Assembly (NCBI GenBank): GCA_964016885.1
Contig: OZ024740.1
Location: 78,492,001-78,556,000 of the forward strand
Length of the DNA stretch: 64,000 nucleotides
DNA from: Eledone cirrhosa
Taxonomy: Eukaryota
Direction of reading: 5' to 3'
The position numbers were made by a program, and so were the translations under genes. The notes under the pieces were generated by a model. It saw only the letters and a program-made list of their open reading frames with translations, was not told the origin of the DNA and did no database searches. Shown here piece by piece: positions 12,427 to 23,354 of the stretch. Position 1 is the stretch's first letter. Each line of letters starts with the position of its first letter.

Positions 12427-12709
12427 CTTGTGTTGAATGCTCAACGAAATCTAGAATGATGATATCTTGCCACAAAAACCAAACAGTTATAATCCCGGTC
12501 TCATTGGGATTTTTACTCCTGTATTACATGGAGTTCTAAGAGCGTCATTTGTCTACCATAGACAGGTAGATACCAATATATATACATTCTCTAAGATGGC
12601 CGACTAAATACGCACATGTATGATTTTTTCTCCCCAACTTTTTTACTCATTTTCCCTGTTCTTTCCTCACGTCACTCTTTACTTTCTATTTATCTTCTAT
12701 TTCTAACTA

Positions 12710-12745
12710 TCTTCTGATGAAGGACTAGTGTCCAAAACGTTAGGA
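12710..12745 (+). ncRNA. Minimal hammerhead motif with G12-to-A core change
   Basis: tctt CTGATGA a ggac tagt gtcc AAAAC GTT agga. Confidence 0.55.
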
Positions 12746-13079
12746 GTCTTTTTCAAGCGTTAAACTAATATATTTCTTCCATGTACTGTGCCGTTTGTTT
12801 TGTTATTTTTATTATTATTTTTACTTATATCTATATCTATCTATCTATCTATCTATCTATTTATCTATCTATCTATCTTGATAGAGTGAGACACGCTTCA
12901 CATCGGCTCTGCTATTCTATCGGAATTTACCCTTACTATAGTAAGTACCAGTGAATTTTTTCAGTGCAACACATTTGGAACACTTACCCCTGTTATTTAG
13001 GGAAACATTTTTACATTTACCCCCTTTTTAGGGGGTAAAATAAATAACTATTTTTCTGTAAAACTTCTTTCTTGGACGC

Positions 13080-14763
13080 ATGGCGGGAAAGATGGCAGAC
13101 ATGGCTGCCATTAACTCTGCCACGCCCCCCAAGTCTGAAGAACAAAAAATGGATACAACAAAACTAGACAACGAAACAAACAAGGAAAATGAAAAAACAA
13201 ATGTTACGGAAAATGAGCAAACGGAAAACAAACAAACAGAAAATAAGAATACAAAAAACAACAAGGCAACTTTCGCCCAGACAACAAAAAATCTATAATA
13301 TATACACCTATTGACTTGACTGCCGCCAGAGAAAAACTGGCAGAAGCAAAAAAGCACATAGTCTTGGGGGAGAACGGAATGTTTTCCATTAATCCCCCCC
13401 CCCCCCCCATAATTTAAGAAAACGAGACTAGAAAACACTGTTCTGTTTAGAACAATTCTAAACCACACGAGAAAGCCAGCACAGCCCAGCCAAATGGAGA
13501 TAGAGTTGGTCCTAAAAGACTATATGAAGAATATTCTCTTCATACGAAAGGACCGACTCTATGGCAGCATTTCTGTTTTAACAAAAGACAAGGAAACTGC
13601 ACAGAGGCTTTCCCTAAGCCCACTCTCATCAACAGCATACAGTTTCTATCCCTCCTACATGGGTAGAACTCAGAGAGTCAAAATACAGACAATGCTGCCC
13701 ACAATGGACTTCTGGTGGGCTATTGCTGGCTTCATAGACATGGGCGAGGACACAGTGCTGTCAATGGGGAAGGCATCTGGAGATGCGTTCCTGGGAATGG
13801 GCGTCGACCTACTAGTCCAAATGAGGCCCGAAAGAATAGCGCAAATCCCGGATCGCATCTGGCTGGATGACCTCACCCCAATATATATAATTGTAGAGGG
13901 GAGAAGACCAGCATGCTATTCATGCATGGAAAGGGGACACGTTAAGGCTAACTGCCCGAATCGTATCCCCCAAAAAGGACTATTGCCCACACCCACCACA
14001 AACAGTACACCAACACCACCCACCTCCAAAAATACACTAATACCACATACAGCAAACAAAATACAGACACCACCAACCACAAGCACAACACAAACATCAC
14101 CACCACCAGCACCAAACACAAGCACGACACAAAAATCACCACCACCATCACCATCACCAACCACAACACAAACATCACCACCACCATCACCAACCACAAG
14201 CACGACACAAACATCACCACCACCACCACAAAACACATTCCAAACTAATAATAAAAAAAAACAGCAACAAATCTACCCCTCCCGCAAAAAAATAACAACC
14301 AGACACCACGTCCCTCCCACCTAGCGCTGAAGAGTTTCCCCCAACTTCTGAAGAAGAAGGAGGAGAAGCCTTCAGACAAGTTAAAAGAAAAAAACGAAAG
14401 CACACACCCAGCACACCACAACAACAAATAACTCACACACAAACACCAACTCCAATCAAAAACACCCCACCCTCGACGAACAAAAATAAATCTGCGCCTC
14501 CCCTCTTCGAAACATTGACAGCATCACAAAAAAAGACTTTGCAATACACATATATAAATAAAGAAAACAAAAAACTGTTTAAATTAATAAACAATAACCC
14601 TTTGGTGCAGACCGAAGGGCCAAACTTTATCTCAACAGAGAACTTCACCCATTTAAAAATGATAAAGGTCCCTCTGGACCTTTATCGTTCCTTAAAAGAA
14701 CAATTTAAAACCGTTAAATCGCGTCCTCTTGAAAGATTTCCCCATAACCTCCCCTCTCCCTGA
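13080..14763 (+). pseudogene. Tx1 ORF1 (gag-like, CCHC knuckle), frameshifted
   Basis: VEGRRPACYSCMERGHVKANCP knuckle and T/P-rich linker; homologous to the ORF1 at 32000-33718; frame breaks near A and C homopolymers. Confidence 0.8.
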
Positions 14764-14916
14764 CACAACTCCAAATACCTCAACCCCACCACACTCGGAT
14801 ACCCCCACACCACCACAAAACATCCCTCCACCCAACACACCCGACCCCATGGAAATTACACAACCCGGAGAGGTAGGTGCTTTTCTTTCTTCACTTTCAA
14901 CACCAAAATAGATCAA

Positions 14917-17806
14917 TTGAGAGTTGGCTGTTTGAATGCGCGTGGCCTGGGCTCAGCTTGGAAGCAAGCAAAGCTTCTAAGTGACCTCAGGTCACGAAGT
15001 ATAGATGTGATGGCTGTTTGCGAGAGTCGGATCAGCAGCGTGCGACAGCTGGCTCCCGCCTTCGATGACTTTGAGATGCACGCATCTCTCTGTCAACCCG
15101 GAGGCGGGGGTGGGGTTGCCGTACTGCTGGATAAACGTCTGGCTCTCGACGTACAGATTGTTCACTCGGACCCGGGGGGTCGATTACTGGTGCTGGACGT
15201 CGGAGGCGGTGAAGGCGGGGCTTTCAGACTGGTCGGTCTTTATGCCCCCTTCGGGGCTGAAAGAGCCGACTTCTTCCAGCGTATGGAGACTTTTCTAGGA
15301 ACGTCGCGTTCCCTGCTTTTAGTGGGGGACTGGAATGGAATCCTAGATGCGCGTTGGGACTATGCAGGGGCATGTCCCGATAGAGGGTGGTGTAGCAGCC
15401 TCAAGGGGTTACTCCATCGATTCGACCTGGTCGATAGATTTCGACTAGATTTTCCAACTGTGCCAACCTGGACCTGGGCAAACCGCAGTGGTCAATCTAG
15501 ATCGTACCTAGATAGGTTTTTGGTTAGGATTAAGGATAGGGACGTATTTAGTTGTCCAGAATTGCTCATGGTTGGCTATTCAGATCACAAAATAGTGACC
15601 TGCGTGGTCAACCTTGATAGAACGCATAGACAGGGTCCCGGTTACTGGAAGATGAACTTGTCCTTGCCGGCAAAGGAAGCTTACAGGAACCGGATTAGTA
15701 GCTTAGTTAAGATGCGGTTAACGGGAGCGATCGTCAACAGCAGGTGGTGGGTATCTCTAAAGAAAGAGATTAGAGTAAGTTCGATAGGTTACAGTAAGGA
15801 ACTAGCGGCAAATAGAAATAGGAGGGAAAGGGAGTTAACAGATAAACTAGAAGAGGTGATTAGGAGCGGAGACGTGACCAGAGTGTTAGCGGCGAGAACG
15901 GCGTTGAGCCAGTTCTTTGACGCGAAGCACGAAGGCTGCGTTGTCCGAAGTAAAATACGTGCTTTAGGAAACGAGGGGACCAAAGCTGTTAGCTGGGCCC
16001 GCGTGACAGAAGCCAAGAGTGGGATTAAATCCACCATTCGGTCTTTGCAAGACCAGGATGGACGGGTGATCCTTGAACCTGAGCGGATGTGCGAGGCCTT
16101 TCAAAGGCACTTTGCTCGACTGTTCGGAGGGGGCGGAGGGCCGGACGGGGAAGTGGACTTCGGTCCAACCTCGACGGTCTACCGCGTCTTTCGAGCGGCG
16201 AAGCGGAGTGCTGCGAAAGGCCAATCACAGCCACTGAAATCGGGGAAGCGCTCAGCCAATGCAGCAGACGCAAATCTCCGGGTCTCGATGGTCTACCATA
16301 CGAACTTTATTTAGCTATGCCGGTCTTGTTCTCCGAACTCCTCGAGGCTGTCTATTACAACTGGCAACAGAACGGGAGAATTCCCTGTTCTGTGACCAAG
16401 GGCGTAGTCACGCTAGTGAGGAAGGACGAGAGCAAGGGGGACGACTTAATTAACTTTAGGACCATAACTCTGCTGAATGCAGAGTTACAGATTTTGGCCA
16501 AGGTGTTGGCGAAGAGGTTGGCGCTTGTGGTGGGTGGTTTGGTGGGAGACGCGCAGACATGCACTATCCCGTCCAGGTCCATTCACGACAACCTCCACCT
16601 CATGCGATACATCGTAGAGAGGGTTGGGAACGAACCCGGCTTTGGTAGGGCCCTGATCAACTTGGATCAATCTAAGGCGTTCGATAGGGTCGACCATGGT
16701 TACCTGGATGCGGTGCTAGCGGCGGCGGGCTTCGGACCCGTTTTCAGGGGCTGGATTTCTGCCATGCACAGTGGCAACATCTACTCTAGGATTAAAGTAA
16801 ACGACTACCTCTCGGAGCCGTTTCAAATCACCCGGTCCATCAGACAGGGGTGCCCCCTCTCCTCCCTTCTGTACGTATTGACTCTCGAGCCACTGCTGCG
16901 GAAGTTGGAGTTGCTGCGGGGCATGCCCCTGGAACCGGGATTGCACAAAGCGGTCTCGGCCTATGCCGACGACGTAACAGTAATGGTGGCGGACGCCTCG
17001 GAAATCGGGGCGATCGCCACCCTACTGGAGGAATACGAAAGGCTGACGGGGGCTAGGCTGAACCGGGACAAGTCAGTCGGTTTGCAACTCGGAACGTGGA
17101 GGGGCAAACCGATGCCGTTAGACGGTGTCGTCGGGCGGTGGACGGAGGGCCCGGTGAAGCTGCTCGGGATCTGGTTCGGACCGGACCTCCAGGTGGAGAA
17201 GAATTGGGGCGAGGTGACGAGCAGGGTGTTTGCGCTGACCAAGAAGTGGGCCAAGTGCAAACTATCACTGAAAGGTCGGGCGGAGGTGACGAACGCTTAC
17301 ATAGCGTCCGTCATCTACTACCGCCTGACCGTCGTGCCTTGCCCCAAGGAAACGCTCACCATCATGGAGCGCATGCTCTTCCAGTTCCTCTGGAAGAAGC
17401 GGCCTCCCATGGTGAGGAGATCCATCTGCTGCCAGCACCCTTCGAAAGGAGGGCTGGGTATACCGTGGCTGTTGATGCGTAGGCACGCATTGAGGCTACG
17501 GCATCTACAGGTATTCCTCACCGGTCAGCCGGTGTGGGCCCCGTTTGTGAGGCGAGCCTTCCCACAGCTCGTCTCGCTCACCGAGCTGCAATGATGAAAG
17601 AGGTTGTGTGGTGGACGCGCCTGAAAAGTCTGAGGTCGGGTGACTTTCTCTCCGGCCAACACCTGGTTTACTTCTTCCGATACCACTTCGGAAGAAGGAT
17701 CAGGATGGAGAGAGAAGTGCTTGGCCCCAGACAGTTTTATGAAAGGTGGGTGAAAGAAGCGAGAATGGCTCGTGTAAATGGGCCTTCTCTCTATATTGTT
17801 CTGTAG
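14917..17806 (+). pseudogene. Tx1 ORF2 (APE endonuclease plus reverse transcriptase), with a frameshift near 16160 and an internal deletion near 17592
   Basis: CLNARGL, VGDWNG, SYLDRF, SDH (APE); SPGLDG, DQSKAFDRV, RQGCPLS, AYADD (RT). Confidence 0.92.
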
Positions 17807-18052
17807 GTGAAGAAGTGAAGAGGAAAGGGGGAGCGCCTCCTCTCTGGGCTTCCCCCGCGAAAAGAGTTGCACACTTTTCGGGGGTATGTGCAATCCCCAA
17901 CACGCCCCCTCCCTTTTGAGGACTTTTTATTATTATATTATTCTTATTGTTATGCCTTTTTCTTTACTCGCATTTATGTAAACTCCCCCCTGTGTATTTG
18001 TCCCTTTCTCTTGTGCCCTAGTGGCAAATAAAGAAATATATCTATCTATCTA

Positions 18053-18166
<114 letters not shown>

Positions 18167-19211
18167 AGCTACATGGCTGCTTAGTCATGTGCCTGGCACT
18201 GTTCGGAGTGACTTGGTCAGTGCCATGCTTAGACAGCTCAGGCAGATGCTTAGTTAGAAGAAGCGCCATCCTTGTCAATCTTTTGCTGCATATTCCCAAA
18301 AGAACAATAGAAATATGTAGTGTTTCAGGGTCTGTTGAAGATCGTCCTTGAAACACTTTTTCTGTCCGCTTTATAGAATTTCTCTACATGTAAGTTCACT
18401 CTTGAGGGTGGCTTTTAACATACATATACAATAGATTCCGATTAACGAGGCTTCTAATAGTAAGGTTTTCGAATTAACGCGGTTCATGAATTGACACCAA
18501 ATCTCGAAAAAAACACAGTGTATATATAGAAACTACAATGTCATAGCAGAGAACAACTTAACAAAGATTAAATCTATCAATATAACAATAAATCAAAGCA
18601 ATACATACAGCAACAACTGTTACCTGCTAGTTAGCTGAAATATAACTACCCACCTTGTCTGTATTTATGCGAATGTCTCTTATATAAAGGGAGACAGTCT
18701 TACTTCACTTAACACAGTAATATACACCAAAATACAATATGTAATCTAACCTAAATGACAATGGATAAAATAGACTGATGAGAAAAGATCTGGTGTCAAG
18801 AAGGAGTTGAAAGTGTTATCTCTAAATGATAAATTAGGAGCTATAAAAAAGAGAACATTGTGATTGTAAAATAAAAACATGGCGAGACATGGGAATGAAT
18901 GAAGAAACAGTAAAGCACCACTAACTGTTGACAATACATTCCATTTCCTTTCTCTTGAAAATGAAATTTCATGAAAGTGTAAATTGTTTTGTTCTCCTTA
19001 CTTTACTCTACTTTTCACTTTTGTGTTTCTAATTTGAATTGTACCAACTTTCCCAATTATAACCTTACATATACCCCCCCCCTCCCCACGGACACACACT
19101 AATACACACACACACACACATACATACATGCATACATACATAGTACATACATACATAGTACATACATACATACATACATACATACATACATACATACATA
19201 CATACATACAT

Positions 19212-19312
19212 GATGATGGCTGCCCCCTCGTTATCGAGTATGGCCATTGCACGAGGAGAAAAAATAATTAATAAATAAATAAAACATAAAAAAAAGAAAT
19301 ATATATATATAT

Positions 19313-19382
<70 letters not shown>

Positions 19383-19614
19383 ATACACATATACACACAC
19401 ATATACACACACATACACACACATACATTAATAACAATAATAATAATAATAATAATAATAACAACAATAATAATAATGACAACAACAATAATAATATACA
19501 TATACATATATACACATACACGCACACACATAAACATATCTATACACACACACACACACACACGATAGCAACTAACAGCGCTGCGATCGAATGTGGGTTT
19601 TTAGCCCAGCCAAT
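19212..19614 (-). mobile_element. 3' fragment of the RTE family at 35069-39467, inserted in (CATA)n
   Basis: Matches ...LAGLKxHIRSQxC*, the microsatellite-rich 3' UTR and the tggccatactcgataacgagggggcagccatc terminus. Confidence 0.9.
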
Positions 19615-19659
19615 ACATACATACATACATACATACATACATACATACATACATACATA

Positions 19660-20330
19660 CATTAAAAGCTACAGCAATGTGGAAGACATACATGTACATA
19701 ATATGAAAGAGTACTGGTGGAATGTTCCAGTAAAAACCCCAATAAAATGCAGGCATAACAGACCAGATATTATGATATGGGACAGGGAAAAGAAGTCATA
19801 CACAGTAGTGAAAGTTAGCTGTCCAGCAGATGCCAATAAATATTAAAGAATAGCGAAAAGGAGAATATTTATGCAGAACTGATGAGAAATCTGCAGATAC
19901 TCCACCCTGATTACACCTTCAGATTTATACCTGTGGTTATTGGGGCCTGGGGTATGTTAGTAACTGCCTCAATACAAATCTTGAGAAACTGGGCTTCACA
20001 GGAACAGAAAGAACACGACTGGTTAGGAAATTACAAGTCCAATCCATTAATGGAACAGAAAAAATATGTAAAACATTCCAAAATTTCTGCATCTAATAAC
20101 TGTATATATACTTGTACAGATACAAAGTATATACACATGCACACATACAACTCAAAACATCCACATCTACAGATTCAATAACATCCATATCTACACATAC
20201 ATGCATGCAGACATGCAGACATATCTACCAAGTTGATGTGTAAATTCCAATGAGAGAGTCTTGTATCTATGTTAGAAACCGACTATCTCTCTATTGGCAA
20301 AAATTTGTGAAATCATAAAACCAGAAGAAC
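19660..20330 (+). mobile_element. 3' fragment of an R4/Dong-type RLE retrotransposon in (ACAT)n
   Basis: Highly similar to 52144-52790; encodes HNRPDIMIWD...LMRNLQILHPDY. Confidence 0.88.
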
Positions 20331-20376
20331 ATACATACATACTGTATGTATGTATGTATGTATGTATGTATGTATG

Positions 20377-20965
20377 GTGCTACTAGTAACATGTATCCCA
20401 GTACAACCTGTCTCATGGTCGGGTCGTTGGCGACTAAACTGGCAACCCCACCAAGGTTTCTTGGTGAGGAGGGTGACTTTGGACATCCTGCAGGACTAAA
20501 AACAAAACCTGTCAAAGGGCAAAGGAGCTCTTAAGAGTCAATGGCCATCAAAAATCACCGGGAGAGATGACCCCTTAGCCTTTGTCAAGGCAGAATTCTA
20601 GGAGAAGGAAAACTCTGATATAACACCTGCAACTCTGATGGTATCCAATGATGTTGACTTGTTTTTCTTTTTGGTAAATAACATCTTGGTTAAGAGAGTG
20701 GGACTGGTTTTGTGCAGTGCCTTTGCTCACTATAAAAGCTTCACGGCACAGGCATTGCTTTATATCTGGATCTCTCTGCACTTGTCATCACATGGTACCA
20801 TGGGCCCAGCACTATGTGTCAATAATTGTCACAAGTGTAGTGTTTGTACCAGAGTTATCAAGTCGCTGGCTGGACTAAAAGTCACACTCGTTCAGCGCAT
20901 CGGTAGGGGTTCTCCTACATGGATATAAAGAAGTGGCCGTACTCGAAAGCGAGTTGGCAGCCACC
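20377..20965 (+). mobile_element. Non-autonomous bipartite RTE derivative (5' UTR joined to last zinc finger and 3' terminus) in (ATGT)n
   Basis: 20565-20758 resembles 35130-35342 (ttctaggagaagg, actc.gatataa, agagagtggga.tggtt, gcacaggcattgc); CSVCTRVIKSLAGLK; terminus tggccgtactcgaaagcgagttggcagcca. Confidence 0.75.
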
Positions 20966-21353
20966 ATGTATGTATGTATGTGGATGTTCAGCTAGCTAGT
21001 TAAAAAGACGACCGAGAGTTGTCGCGCTCCCCTAGCTTAATAGTCTAGAGCGCCTAGTCGGTATCTGGGAGATATGAGGTTCTACCCTTCCAAACTGCTT
21101 TTCACATCTTCACTGTATTTTATAAGCTATTTTATAGCATCTCTGAGCTTTGGCCCCCAAACAACGAACATTACTTACCACTTAAGTTTTTATACCAAGT
21201 GTTTCTTGATGTATTGTCTGGTACTTGGAACATAACTTAACAAAGATTCGTATTATATTTAGAAGTAACCAAACTAATTACAAACCAGTATCCAACGTGT
21301 CTATGAAACAAAAATATTATCCAGGGTGATAAAAAATGGACAATTTCTAGTAA

Positions 21354-22260
21354 CTAGAGAGACACCAGGTATAGTGATGGGTGCTCAACCAACTTTCTAG
21401 AGAGAGACCAGGTCTAGTGATGGGTGCTCAACCAACTTACTAGAGAGAGACCAGGTCTAGTGATGGGTGCTCAACCGACTTACTAGAGAGAGACCAGGTC
21501 TAGTGATGGGTGCTCAACCAACTTACTAGAGAGAGACCAGGTCTAGTGATGGGTGCTCAACCGACTTACTAGAGAGAGACCAGGTCTAGTGATGGGTGCT
21601 CAACCGACTTACTAGAGAGAGACCTGGCCTAGTGATGGGTGCTCAACCGACTTACTAGAGAGACACCAGGTATAGTGATGGGTGCTCAACCAACTTTCTA
21701 GAGAGAGACCAGGTCTAGTGATGGGTGCTCAACCAACTTACTAGAGAGAGACCAGGTCTAGTGATGGGTGCTCAACCGACTTACTAGAGAGAGACCAGGT
21801 CTAGTGATGGGTGCTCAACCAACTTACTAGAGAGAGACCAGGTCTAGTGATGGGTGCTCAACCGACTTACTAGAGAGAGACCAGGTATAGTGATGGGTGC
21901 TCAACCAACTTTCTAGAGAGAGACCAGGTCTAGTGATGGGTGCTCAACCAACTTACTAGAAAGAGACCAGGTCTAGTGATGGGTGCTCAACCGACTTACT
22001 AGAGAGAGACCAGGTCTAGTGATGGGTGCTCAACCAACTTACTAGAGAGAGACCAGGTCTAGTGATGGGTGCTCAACCGACTTACTAGAGAGAGACCAGG
22101 TCTAGTGATGGGTGCTCAACCAACTTACTAGAGAGAGACCAGGTCGAGTGATGGGTGCTCAACCAACTTTCTAGAGAGAGACCAGGTCTAGTGATGGGTG
22201 CTCAACCGACTTACTAGAGAGAGACCAGGTCTAGTGATGGGTGCTCAACCAACTTACTAG
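21354..22260. repeat. 43-bp minisatellite, about 21 copies
   Basis: ctagagagagaccaggtctagtgatgggtgctcaaccaactta head-to-tail with no spacers. Confidence 0.95.
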
Positions 22261-22294
22261 CCAATAAATACATTGCTGATAATAAATGACTCGT

Positions 22295-23323
22295 ATGTGG
22301 TGTGTGTGGTCTGTGGTGTGATGTGTGTGTGGTGTGTGGTGTGTGTGGTGTGTGGTGTGTGGTGTGTGGTGTGGTGTGGTGTGTGGTGTGTGGTGTGTGG
22401 TGTGTGGTGTGTGTGTGGTGTGTGGTGTGTGGGGTGTGTGGGGTGTGGTGTGTGGTGTGCGGTGTGTGGTGTGTGGTGTGCGGTGTGTGTGTGTGTGGTC
22501 TGTGGTGTGTGTGGTGTGTGGTGTGTGTGGTGTGTGTGGTGTGTGGTGTGGTGTGGTGTGTGGTGTGTGGTGTGTGGTGTAGTGTGGTGTGTGGTGTGTG
22601 GTGTGTGGTGTGGTGTGTGGTGTGTGGTGTGCGGTGTGTGGTGTGTGCGGTGTGGTGTGAGGTGTGTGCTGTGTGGTGTGTGGTGTGTATGGTGTGTGGT
22701 GTGTGGTGTGTGGTGTGTGTGTGGTGTGTGGTGTGTGTGGTGTTTGTGTGGTGTGTGGTGTGTGGTGGTGTGTGTGTGTGGTGTGTGTGGGGTGTGTGGT
22801 GTGTGTGGTGTGTGGTGTGTGGTGTGTGTGGTGTGTGTGGTGTGTGTGTGTGTGGTGTGTGGTGTGTGTGGTATGTGTGGTGTGTGGTGTGTGTGGTGTG
22901 TGTGATGTGTGGTGTGTGTGTGGTGTGTGGTGTGTGTGGTGTGGGTGGCATGTGGTGTGTGTGTGGTGTGTGGTGTGTGTGTGGTGTGTGGTGTGTGTGT
23001 GGTGTGTGGTGTGTGTGTGGTGTGTGGTGTGTGGTGTGTGTGGTGTGTGTGTGGTGTGTGTTTGGTGTGTGGTGTGTGGTGTGTGGTGTGTGTGTGTGGT
23101 GTGTGTGGTGTGTGGTGTGTGGTGTGTGGTGTGTGTGTGTGGTGTGTGTGGTGTGTAAGGTGTGTGGTGTGTGGTGTGTGGTGTGTGGTGTGTGGTGTGT
23201 GGTGTGTGGTGTGTGTGGTGTGTGGTGTGTGTGTGGTGTGTGGTGTGTGTGTGGTGTGTGGTGTGTGTGTGTGGTGTGTGCGGTGTGTGGTGTGTGTGTG
23301 GTGTGTGGTGTGTGTGTGGCGTG

Positions 23324-23354
<31 letters not shown>

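Larger units (their letters stand above)
12879..18036 (+). mobile_element. Near full-length Tx1-type LINE inserted in (TATC)n
   Basis: 5' UTR, ORF1, APE-RT ORF2 and 3' UTR ending gtggcaaataaagaaa; ctatct arrays on both sides. Confidence 0.92.

Noticed and set aside
18200-18525. Mariner-type transposase fragment
   Set aside because: Only faint similarity (KPPSR..EKF..GR) and no paired TIR found.
21025-21095. tRNA gene
   Set aside because: Only degenerate A/B-box-like motifs and no full cloverleaf; at most a decayed SINE head.
21354-22260. CRISPR-like array
   Set aside because: Units are contiguous with no unique spacers, there are no cas genes, and the context is eukaryotic.
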